A DNA stretch of 64,000 nt from a bacterium (GTDB lineage: Bacteria > UBA8248 > JACPRG01 > G963555815). Location: NCBI GenBank assembly GCA_965218795.1, contig OZ244653.1:3584001-3648000 (forward strand), written 5' to 3'. Below, piece after piece: positions 1 to 8,307 of the stretch. Below the pieces are notes generated by a model, which was not told where the DNA came from, searched no databases, and saw nothing but the letters and a program-made list of their open reading frames with translations. A program made the translations under genes and the position numbers. Positions within the stretch are counted from its first letter, which is position 1; each line of letters opens with the position of its first letter.

Positions 1-258
1 GAGGAGGTGAAGAAATTCGTCCGCTTCGCCACCGACACCCAGCGGCTCGCGGATCAGGCCAAGTTCATTTCGTACGGCCCGGCACGCAAATCATCGGCCC
101 CGCTGATCGGCAAGCACGCGACATTGGGTATCGACATGAAGCCGCATATGCCGACCGATCCCAACAATGCCAAGACCAAGCTGCTCTACAATTACGAATT
201 CTGGGCCGATAACCAGGACGACCTGACCGAGCGATTTGAAGCTTGGCTTGTCAAGTAG
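1..258 (+). CDS. Polyamine/opine-type ABC transporter substrate-binding protein, C-terminal part (5' truncated by window)
   Basis: C-terminus ..EFWADNQDDLTERFEAWL resembles PotD/PotF-family SBPs; directly upstream of two permeases. Confidence 0.8.
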   Translation, partial: EEVKKFVRFATDTQRLADQAKFISYGPARKSSAPLIGKHATLGIDMKPHMPTDPNNAKTKLLYNYEFWADNQDDLTERFEAWLVK

Positions 259-329
259 AACCTGGCACAAGTCCGGGGTAGCGCGCGCTATCCCGGACTT
301 GCTCCGGTTCGTGGTCGATAGGGGAACTG

Positions 330-1598
330 ATGGCGGAAGCGGTCCAACAAACCGAAGAACTCTTCACGGCGGACGGCACGCCGCTCCGCGTGAGTCTGGC
401 GCGCGCGCTCAGGCGACAGAAGCTGCGCGCTCTGCTGCTTGTCGCCCCGCTCTTCGGCTTCATTTTCGTCACTTTCCTCATGCCGATCGGCGACATGCTG
501 TTTCGTTCGGTTGAGAATGAGATCGTCGGCGAGATTCTGCCGCGCAGCACCGGGCTATTGGCGGAATGGGATCCAGCCTCGGACAAGTTACCCTCGGAGG
601 AAGTCTTCGCCGCTCTGGTTGAGGATTTAAGGGAAGGCCGAAAAAACCGCACCATTACCCGTGTCGGCCGGCGTTTGAACTACGAATTGCCGGGAATGTC
701 GAGCCTGTTTCGCTCATCGGGACGGAAGGTGAGTCGGATGAACGAGCCCCCATTCAAGGAGGCGCTCATCAAGGCCAACAAGCGCTGGGGTCAAATCGAG
801 ACGTGGATGTTGATCAAGCAGTTTTCGCCGCCGCACACGGACGGCTACTTTCTCGCCGCGATCGACGCCAGGCGCAAGGTCGACGGCGAGATCGTACGCG
901 TCGGCGAGGAGGCGCGAATCTACCTGGCCCTCTTCGCCAGGACTCTGCGCTTGAGCCTCATCATCACGGTGATGACACTGCTGCTCGGCTTCCCGATCGC
1001 CTACTGGTTGGCGATCCTGCCGACCAGGACCTCGAACCTGTTGCTGATTTTCGTGTTGCTGCCGTTCTGGACCTCGCTTCTTGTGCGCACGACCGCCTGG
1101 ATCGTGCTCTTGCAACAGCAGGGCGTCATCAACGAATTCCTGGTCGCGATCGGCCTGGTCCATACCGACAGCCGCCTGGAGATGATCCACAATGAGCTCG
1201 GCACGATCATTGCGATGACGCATATCCTCCTGCCTTTTATGGTGCTGCCGCTCTTCAGCGTCATGAAGACAATTCCGAAGAGCTATGTTCGGGCCGCCGT
1301 GTTGCTGGGCGCGCACCCGTGGCTTGCGTTCTGGAAGGTTTACTTCCCGAATACAGGGCCGGGCATTGGCGCCGGAGCGCTTCTGGTCTTCATCCTGGCG
1401 ATTGGCTATTACATCACACCGGAGCTTGTCGGAGGCACAACGGGAACTTTCATTTCCAACCGCATTGCCCACCACATCTCATCGTCGCTGAACTGGGGTC
1501 TTGCCGCAGCGCTGGGCGTGATCCTGCTTGGCATCGTGCTCACCCTCTACCTGCTCTACGACAAGATTGTCGGCATCGACAATCTGAAGCTCGGTTGA
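330..1598 (+). CDS. ABC transporter permease, PotB-like, with a large extracytoplasmic insertion
   Basis: LLPFWTSLLVRTTAW and EAA-like loop (YVRAAVLLGA); several TM segments. Confidence 0.9.
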   Translation: MAEAVQQTEELFTADGTPLRVSLARALRRQKLRALLLVAPLFGFIFVTFLMPIGDMLFRSVENEIVGEILPRSTGLLAEWDPASDKLPSEEVFAALVEDLREGRKNRTITRVGRRLNYELPGMSSLFRSSGRKVSRMNEPPFKEALIKANKRWGQIETWMLIKQFSPPHTDGYFLAAIDARRKVDGEIVRVGEEARIYLALFARTLRLSLIITVMTLLLGFPIAYWLAILPTRTSNLLLIFVLLPFWTSLLVRTTAWIVLLQQQGVINEFLVAIGLVHTDSRLEMIHNELGTIIAMTHILLPFMVLPLFSVMKTIPKSYVRAAVLLGAHPWLAFWKVYFPNTGPGIGAGALLVFILAIGYYITPELVGGTTGTFISNRIAHHISSSLNWGLAAALGVILLGIVLTLYLLYDKIVGIDNLKLG

Positions 1599-1599
1599 G

Positions 1600-2454
1600 A
1601 TGGCTTCGCTGCCACCCTATCTCTCGACTCCGGAGCGGGTTTGGCATTACGGCTTCCGGATCCTGTGCGGTCTGATTTTCTTCTTCCTGATTTTTCCCCT
1701 GATCGTCGTGGTGCCGCTCTCGTTCAACGCATTGCCGTTCTTCACCTTTACCAAGGAGATGCTCGCCTTCGATCCGGCCGGCTATTCGTTGAAATGGTAT
1801 GCGGACTTCTTCACCAACCTGAACTGGCAGGGTGCGATTCAGAACAGCATCATCATCGCCTTCTTCGCGACCCTCCTGTCGATGACGTTGGGCACCCTCG
1901 CCGCGCTCGGCCTGTCGCGGCCGACCCTGCCTGGGAAAACGCTCATCATGAGCATCCTGATCTCGCCAATGATCGTGCCGCTGATCATCTCGGCGGCGGG
2001 CATGTTCTTCTTCTATTCCCGCATCGGCCTGCAGGGTACGCATATCGGCGTTATCCTGGCTCATGCGGCGCTTGGCACGCCGTTCGTGGTCATCACCGTC
2101 ACCGCAACATTGGTCGGCTTCGACAACAGCCTGATCCGCGCTGCCGCCAGCCTCGGCGCCTCTCCCGCGACCACATTCTTCAAAGTGATCGTGCCGCTGA
2201 TCCTGCCCGGCGTGATCTCAGGCGCGCTTTTCGCCTTTATCACCTCGTTTGATGAAGTGGTGGTGGTGCTCTTTGTCGGCAGCTTCAAGCAGCGGACGAT
2301 ACCGTGGCAGATGTTCTCCGGCATCCGCGAGCATATCAGCCCGACGATCCTGGCCGTCGCGACGATCCTGGTCCTGGTCTCAATTGCGCTCCTGGTGTCG
2401 GTGGAGTTACTGCGCCGGCGGGGCGAGCGCTTGCGCGGTATTCATCGGACATGA
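1600..2454 (+). CDS. ABC transporter permease, PotC-like
   Basis: GYSLKWY, LIRAAASLGA and FITSFDEVVV motifs. Confidence 0.9.
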   Translation: MASLPPYLSTPERVWHYGFRILCGLIFFFLIFPLIVVVPLSFNALPFFTFTKEMLAFDPAGYSLKWYADFFTNLNWQGAIQNSIIIAFFATLLSMTLGTLAALGLSRPTLPGKTLIMSILISPMIVPLIISAAGMFFFYSRIGLQGTHIGVILAHAALGTPFVVITVTATLVGFDNSLIRAAASLGASPATTFFKVIVPLILPGVISGALFAFITSFDEVVVVLFVGSFKQRTIPWQMFSGIREHISPTILAVATILVLVSIALLVSVELLRRRGERLRGIHRT

Positions 2455-2791
2455 CGGACATCGATCCGGATTTCCGGTCGAGCCCCCGGAGTGGACGTGA
2501 TCACGGACGTACCGGCGTCGTAGCTTTTCATGGCGATTTTTCAGGCCATTCTCCCGGTCTTCTTTGCAATTTCGAGCTTCGGCAACGGATCCGCCATGAA
2601 TGCCTTCGTACAGTCAGCTTGGCTTGACAATTTTCCCATTATCCTATTGGTTCGGGCACCAAGACCTACCGTTATGCTCACATCGACCGTCAGCGCCTGC
2701 GCCGTCGCCGCGATTCGCCTGCTCGCGCTCACCGGGCTGCCGGCGTAGCGAGGTGCTCGGCCCGGAGCGGGTCGACAATTCAGGCATGTTC

Positions 2792-2820
2792 TTGACAACC
2801 GAAGCGGGCCGACATAGGCT
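2792..2820 (+). promoter_or_regulatory. Sigma70-type promoter
   Basis: TTGACA-N17-TAGGCT, about 60 nt upstream of the AAGGAG-preceded ATG at 2882. Confidence 0.6.
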
Positions 2821-2881
2821 CGGTTTGCGTGTCAGGTTCCGAGTCGAATCAGGTTTGCTTATTGGAAAGGAGCTAAAGATC

Positions 2882-3382
2882 ATGAAGAAGGTGATTTCTA
2901 CACTGTTTGTATTTTTGGCATCCGTGAGCATGGCAAGTGCCGCCCAGTATTTGCAGGCATCCTCAACGATTACCCAGTGTCCGGGCAAGGCGCCCGAGAT
3001 CGTTAAAATGGATATAACGGATGCAGCCAATGGCCTTGCCATAAAAAACAACAAAATCACTGTGAGTGAAGCTGGAGCCTATCTGATAGTCGCTGCGCCC
3101 CAGGTTGGCCGCGAAGGTGGAGGACCTTTTGGTTGTTTTGACTTATGGCTGCGTGTCAATGGAAAGGATGTAGCGAATTCCAATGTACAGCTGTGTCAGG
3201 ATGCCGACAGCATGGCGAAAGACGTCATCATATCGCAGGGAATCGTCCCACTGAAGGCGGGTGATGTTGTAGAAGTCATGATGTCAGCCAATAACCCAAA
3301 GGCGAATATGTGCATTGAAGCTATCCAGCCGGCCGGTGAACCCTTGGTGCCTTCGATCATTTTCTCCATGATCAAGTATTGA
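2882..3382 (+). CDS. Secreted protein with a probable C1q/TNF-like (BclA C-terminal-like) beta-sandwich
   Basis: RBS AAGGAG; signal peptide MKKVISTLFVFLASVSMASA; patterns ITVSEAGAYLI, LWLRVNG, VPLKAGDVVEV; 4 Cys; visibly lower GC than flanks. Confidence 0.65.
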   Translation: MKKVISTLFVFLASVSMASAAQYLQASSTITQCPGKAPEIVKMDITDAANGLAIKNNKITVSEAGAYLIVAAPQVGREGGGPFGCFDLWLRVNGKDVANSNVQLCQDADSMAKDVIISQGIVPLKAGDVVEVMMSANNPKANMCIEAIQPAGEPLVPSIIFSMIKY

Positions 3383-3701
3383 AGTTTGAGAAAAATCTTG
3401 AGGCGGGTCTTCGGTGTGTGAGTCAAGCTACGTGATGAGCATCCCAGAATATCCGCATTGCTGTTGCGACATCGAATAGGGTTTTTCTCCTCAAGCCGCT
3501 CCAGAGGAGTGTTGGAGGTCGACCCGATACGCATGATGTGACAGGGAGTGAAGCCGGACGGAACCGCGCCGCCGGCACATCGCCCCGGCCATGCGTGGCG
3601 GTGGTAACGGATGACCGGGACAGCACCACAGCCGGTCCCATGATGCGCGTCGTGTGCGATTTCGTCACCGACCGCCTTTCTTCCTTTGGCCCTTCCTGGC
3701 T

Positions 3702-3756
3702 TGTCATTCCTGCCCCCGCCTGAAACTTTCGGGGACAGGCTGCAATGGGAATCCAT
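3702..3756. repeat. REP-like palindromic module GTCATTCC..CCCCG..CGGGGACAGGCTGCAA.GGGAATCCAT
   Basis: Near-identical copy at 47994-48047. Confidence 0.75.
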
Positions 3757-3873
3757 AGGTCTCCGTGTGCAAGCCCGCCTCCATGAAATTACTGTAGCGG
3801 ATCAGAAATCATTCAAAACGGCCCGGAAACGGGCGTGGATGGACTCTTTCTGATGAGCACCGATTCGGCTTGT

Positions 3874-3905
3874 CTGGATTCCTGCTTCCGCAGGAATGAC
3901 AGGCT
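3874..3905. repeat. REP-like palindrome CTGGATTCCTGCTTCCGCAGGAATGACAGGCT
   Basis: Copy at 47818-47849 with a compensatory T-A to C-G stem change. Confidence 0.8.
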
Positions 3906-4254
3906 AAGGCTGCGGCGGGAATTGATTAGAGGCAGACGGAGTTCCATTTTTGGGATTCCCGCCCCCGATTGAAGTAGTCGAGGGCACATGCTTGCGCCTA
4001 CCTGCGACAGGCAGGCCGCTCAAGCGCCGTCCGTTAAGAGAATCATGCAATGAGCATTCCACCATTCATTCGGTGAACTTATCTTGTATTTTGCTGTAAG
4101 GATTTGCAATTGGGCATTGAACTGATACGATTTTCTTTCCCTTTTGAAGCCGACAACGGAATCAATGGGATTCCAAATCGGTTTGAGTCATCTGGGGGCG
4201 AGGTTGATCATGCCCTGCGAACCCCATGAATCCGGTACGCTTCCTCCGGCCACT

Positions 4255-4283
4255 TTGAGTGGAAAGCCTGTGGGGGCTATACT
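4255..4283 (+). promoter_or_regulatory. Sigma70-type promoter for the radical SAM gene
   Basis: TTGAGT-N17-TATACT. Confidence 0.55.
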
Positions 4284-4396
4284 AAACAGCATGTGGCGCG
4301 CGGCCGCTTTTGGAAAGAGGAAGGCCCCCGGATCACGAGGGACGGAAACATCCTCCCGCATGCCGCCCATGTGATTTTTTCGACGGGAAACGTTTC

Positions 4397-5176
4397 GTGG
4401 CTTTCGAATTGCCCCCCCGCCTGTGGATCTATACGAATTACGATTGCAATTTCTCTTGTTCCTACTGTGTTGTCCGATCCCATCCAAAAGCCGAGTCTCG
4501 GGCGATTGAGTTCGATACATTTCGCCGGCTGATCAAAGAGGCTGTGGTTTTGGGATTCCATGATCTCTATCTGACGGGAGGAGAGCCCTTTCTCCATCCG
4601 GGATTTTTCGATCTCCTCGATTACGCGGTTCCCCGGATCAAGACGACGATACTGACCAATGCCACGGTCGTGACCCCGCGTCGCCTCGAGCGGTTCAAGA
4701 GTCTTCCGCCCGAGAATCTGAGTTTTCAAATCAGCGTGGATAGCGCAGACCCGGCCCGGAACGATTTTTTTCGCGGCTCAGGAAGTTGGGAACGGACAAT
4801 GGCCGGGGTGGGGCAATTGATGGAGTTGGGCTTTCGGCCGAAAATTGGCGGTACCGTGACTCCCGAAGCGGAAGGAGATGCTCAAGACTTCATGAAATTT
4901 TTTGCAGAACGGGGATTGGCTGAATCGGATGTCTTCCTCCGGCCGCTGATCAAGAGGGGATTCTCTTCACAAGGAAAGGAGTTGTTCGCAGACCGCGTTC
5001 TCCCGGAAGTGTGCGTCGACCGGGACGGGGCCTACTGGCACCCGTTGTCCACGGATTCGGATTTTCTTGTCACCCGCGAAATCTTTCCTTTCCATCGCGT
5101 GGTCGCCCTTTTCCATGAAGAAATGGCGCGAAGGGAGCGGGAAGGCATCGAGAGCCTTCCCTATCAGTGAGCCTGA
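4397..5176 (+). CDS. Radical SAM enzyme (Rv1681/MoeX-like), probable C-terminal selenocysteine at UGA 5168-5170; start GTG 4397 or TTG 4310
   Basis: LWIYTNYDCNFSCSYC (CxxxCxxC), LTGGEPF, ILTNA, QISVDS, AYWHP; ends CAG TGA GCC TGA followed by a SECIS-like hairpin. Confidence 0.85.
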
Positions 5177-5182
5177 GCCCCC

Positions 5183-5200
5183 CGGCTCCGGTCGGAGCCG
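5183..5200 (+). promoter_or_regulatory. Candidate bacterial SECIS hairpin (could also act as a terminator)
   Basis: CGGCTCC-GGTC-GGAGCCG; apical loop starts with GG, 19 nt after the UGA; followed by TGTTTT. Confidence 0.55.
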
Positions 5201-5480
5201 TGTTTTACCTCCCCCCGCCGTTCCCGGAAAGACAGGCTCCCGCTGAATCACCTGAGCGGGGAAGGGCGCTCAATGGGTTCTGAAACGAAAATCAATTGAT
5301 CTGCGGCGGGCAGGGTTGTAAGTAGTGATGAGGAGATGACGTAACTCTACCTTGGAGTGAGGCCGGGGAGCCGAGCGGAAAAAGAAAACCCAACGCCGAC
5401 AAGGTTCAGCAGCCCCGATGCCTCGAGCCCAGCGAGAATTTTTCAAGTCCTGATCAAGAGTGAAAACAGAGCTCAATTGG

Positions 5481-5506
5481 GCGCGGAAAAATCCCGCGCT
5501 TTTTTT
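5481..5506 (+). terminator. Intrinsic terminator-like hairpin in the helicase leader
   Basis: GCGCGG-AAAAATC-CCGCGC followed by T7, about 20 nt before ATG 5526. Confidence 0.55.
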
Positions 5507-5525
5507 GGGCGGATTGAACATCATC

Positions 5526-6800
5526 ATGGAGACAGCAGACCTGGTACTCTCTCAAACGGAACCGGTTCAACCCGGGGTTTCTGACCTGGAAGATTCATTT
5601 GAATCGCTGAGCCTTTCCGATCAACTGCTTCGAGCCGTCCGGCACGCGGGCTGGGAAAATCCAACACCGATTCAGAGCGAAGCCATCCCCGCGGCCCTGT
5701 CCGGACGCGACCTGATCGCCTGTGCCCAGACGGGCACCGGCAAAACAGGCGTGTTTGCGCTGACCATCCTGCAAAGAATGAAACCGGGCAAGGGCCCCCG
5801 GGCCTTGATCCTGACCCCCACCCGCGAGCTGGCCGTTCAGGTCTGTGAACATTTCGAGGCCTTGGCGAAATTCAGCAAATGCAAGGTCGTCCGTATTTAT
5901 GGCGGCGTGCGGATTGACCTGCAGGCGAAGCGGTTGTCCGAAGGGGTGGATGTGGTGGTGGCCACGCCGGGGCGCCTGCTCGATCACGTTCGGCGCAAGA
6001 ACGTTCATTTCAAGGGACTTCAGTTCCTTGTCCTGGACGAAGCCGACCGCATGTTGGACATGGGGTTTGCCCCGGACATCCGGAAGATCCTCAAGCTCAT
6101 CCCCCGAAAGCGCCAGTCGATGCTCTACTCGGCGACGATGCCGGTGGGAATCCGCTCCTTGGCGGGCGCCGCGCTTCACGATCCGCTGACGATCGAAGTC
6201 GGACGACGTTCGTCTCCTGCATCCGGCGTGGAGCACTCGGCCTTCGCCATTTCCAAAGTGATGAAGATGGATCTGCTTCTCCACATCCTGGAAAAGCGGG
6301 AGTACGATCGCCTGCTCCTGTTCGCGCGGACCCGGCAGGACGTCAACTCGCTGGGCCAGAAGCTGGCAAGGGAAGGCTTCTCGATGGACTTTATCCACTC
6401 GGATCGCCGCCAACGGGAGCGGGAAAAGGCGTTGTCCGATTTTCGGAAAGGCAAACATCAGATCCTGGTGGCCACCGACGTGGCGGCGCGTGGGCTGGAC
6501 ATCGAAGGCATTCAGTATGTGATCAACTACAACGTCCCTGAAAACCCCGAAGATTACATTCATCGAATCGGCCGGACCGGACGCGCGGAGGCCAGCGGCT
6601 GGGCCATCACGCTCGTGACCCTGGATGAGGAGCGTCAATTGGGAGCCATTGAGCGCCTCATCGGAAAGAAGATCGACCGCCACCGGGAGTCGGATTTCGA
6701 TTATGGCGATTTCGGCTACGTCCTGGATCTGGAAGACAAGCGGTCCGGCTCATCGGCCCCCTCCCTTCGGTCCCGGGGCAGGTCCTTCCGGCGTCGTTGA
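5526..6800 (+). CDS. DEAD-box RNA helicase (RhlE-like)
   Basis: Q motif, AQTGTGKT, PTRELA, TPGR, DEAD, SAT, ARGLD, HRIGRTGR; Arg-rich tail. Confidence 0.95.
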   Translation: METADLVLSQTEPVQPGVSDLEDSFESLSLSDQLLRAVRHAGWENPTPIQSEAIPAALSGRDLIACAQTGTGKTGVFALTILQRMKPGKGPRALILTPTRELAVQVCEHFEALAKFSKCKVVRIYGGVRIDLQAKRLSEGVDVVVATPGRLLDHVRRKNVHFKGLQFLVLDEADRMLDMGFAPDIRKILKLIPRKRQSMLYSATMPVGIRSLAGAALHDPLTIEVGRRSSPASGVEHSAFAISKVMKMDLLLHILEKREYDRLLLFARTRQDVNSLGQKLAREGFSMDFIHSDRRQREREKALSDFRKGKHQILVATDVAARGLDIEGIQYVINYNVPENPEDYIHRIGRTGRAEASGWAITLVTLDEERQLGAIERLIGKKIDRHRESDFDYGDFGYVLDLEDKRSGSSAPSLRSRGRSFRRR

Positions 6801-6878
6801 AGGTTTTTTCGCGTTACAAAACCTGAAAGAATGGATTGTATCCCGACGAAGCGGGCGCGCTCTCCCGGCCCGCTGGAG

Positions 6879-7057
6879 CCTGTCCCGAGTGCTCCTGTCG
6901 GGGGCGGGAATGACAGGCTCAGCCTTCATGAGCCCCGACACCGCCACCGCGGGCCTCCGGCGGCGGTTTTTTTACGCCTGGCCCAAGCCGTCACCCCGGC
7001 AGGCTTCAGGTCGGGGTCCACTATCCTGGACCCCCGATTTAAGCACTCGGGGGTGAC
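6879..7057. repeat. Intergenic REP-like palindromes
   Basis: GCCTGTCCCGA..TCGGGG..GGGAATGACAGGC (6879-6919) and CTGGACCCCCGA-TTTAAGCAC-TCGGGGGTGAC (7026-7057). Confidence 0.6.
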
Positions 7058-7265
7058 GATCTGGGGGCAGGCTTTAGTCGGAGGTTCCCCGGACACCTGT
7101 CCGAGGGAGAGGGCCGGGGGATGGTCGTCGGCCAGGGGATATCCTCGGGCCATCGGTCGGACAGCCGCTCGATCAGGCTCGCCGCCCGGCGCATTAGGAT
7201 GATCTCGCGCTGTGATGGAAGGGAAAGGATGAGCGCGCGGTCACCGAACTTTGCGCGCGGCCTAT

Positions 7266-7308
7266 AAAGAAAGGGAGCGGCGAATGGCTCACCGCTCCCT
7301 TTTCTCTT
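7266..7308. terminator. Bidirectional intrinsic terminator
   Basis: AAAGAAAGGGAGCGG-CGAATGGCTCA-CCGCTCCCTTTTCTCT. Confidence 0.8.
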
Positions 7309-7509
7309 GTTTTCATGCCGGGAATTTGGTTGACCCGGCCTACGGGCTACCGCCCGTATTGATCACCGCGTCAACAGACCGCCCATCCGAACATACGCGG
7401 CCGGCGAACGGATGGGCGAGGAAAAGGCAGCTTCAGAACCCTTTTCATTTGCAACAGCCCTTACAGTGTTGAGACCGCTTTTGAGGGGCTCGATCTTCCA
7501 GCCCTCTAT
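7266..7509 (-). ncRNA. Candidate structured small RNA (or small-peptide mRNA), family not recognised
   Basis: Five consecutive hairpins between a putative minus-strand promoter (TTCCCA-N17-TATATT, 7544-7516) and the terminator. Confidence 0.4.
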
Positions 7510-7621
7510 ACTGTCAATATATGTCTTTTCTGGATTGATGGGAAGACTTTTTTTGGCCGTCTCAACCTGCCGCGCCCCTTGTGGGGATCCTGCGCGGTTC
7601 GCACCGGGCGACGCCGTCGAG

Positions 7622-7837
7622 CTAATCCTCCTGGCTGTCCCGGTATTCCTCCAACCAGGCCATCTGAATGGCTTCGAGGATCCCCTCGTTGGATTCCTTC
7701 GGATTGTCGTCAAAATCCTCCAATTCCGTGACCCACCGGTGAAGGTCGATGAATCGGACAGTGAGGGGATCAGTATCCGGAAACCGCTCGAAGAGCTGGA
7801 TGCCGATTTCTTCGGATTCGTGCCACCCGAATTTCAT
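7622..7837 (-). CDS. iscX: Fe-S cluster assembly protein IscX (YfhJ)
   Basis: DPLTVRFIDLHRWVTELEDFDD..NEGILEAIQMAW; last gene of the isc operon. Confidence 0.93.
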   Translation of the reverse strand: MKFGWHESEEIGIQLFERFPDTDPLTVRFIDLHRWVTELEDFDDNPKESNEGILEAIQMAWLEEYRDSQED

Positions 7838-7839
7838 AT

Positions 7840-8259
7840 TCAGTGACTGTGGCCTCCGTCATGAGCGTGTTCGGCTTCGTGATGATGATCGTGATCGTGG
7901 TCATGGTCGTCCCCGTGCGAATGCCCCCCGATGATCCCCGGAGCATTCCGGTTGTGCATGGGGACCTCGATGATCAACTCCCCTTCGCCGGGACCCTCAT
8001 CCCCCAGGATGCACTGACAGCTGAGGCGGCTGGTCAGCGTGACGCCTGTCGCCTCGTCCAGCTGATCATCTTCTTCCTCGGTGGCTTCGGCGAAATGCTC
8101 CATGCCCTGCCGGACGATCACGTGGCATGTGCTGCAGGCGCAAAACCCTCCGCAGTTGCTGTCAATGAAGACACCGTTGTTGTTGGCCAGTTCGAGGATG
8201 CGATCCCCCTCTTCGGCCTCCACCGTGACATTATCGGGAACGAACGTGACCTTGTACAT
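7840..8259 (-). CDS. fdx: ISC-type 2Fe-2S ferredoxin with a His/Asp-rich C-terminal tail
   Basis: CGGFCACSTCHV..SRLSCQ; tail GGHSHGDDHDHDHDHHHEAEHAHDGGHSH. Confidence 0.92.
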   Translation of the reverse strand: MYKVTFVPDNVTVEAEEGDRILELANNNGVFIDSNCGGFCACSTCHVIVRQGMEHFAEATEEEDDQLDEATGVTLTSRLSCQCILGDEGPGEGELIIEVPMHNRNAPGIIGGHSHGDDHDHDHDHHHEAEHAHDGGHSH

Positions 8260-8307
8260 CTTGAATCTCACCCCCCCTTCGGGTTCGCCGACCGTCGCGC
8301 CGTTGGA

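Noticed and set aside
3383-4250. RiPP precursor ORF for the radical SAM enzyme
   Set aside because: No convincing small ORF with an RBS, and the enzyme has no SPASM or RRE domain
4290-4396. Possible Moco riboswitch before the radical SAM gene (GGAAAC, CCTCCCG)
   Set aside because: Motifs are out of order and there is no P1 or GGAAAGG closure
7326-7350. ACCCGGCCTAC resembling the RNase P RNA 3' end
   Set aside because: The GAGGAAAGTCC 5' motif and preceding ACAGAA are absent
7363-7460. tmRNA-like tag reading GCA AAT GAA.. (ANEKGSEAA) on the minus strand
   Set aside because: No stop after AA and no tRNA-like acceptor or T-arm ends
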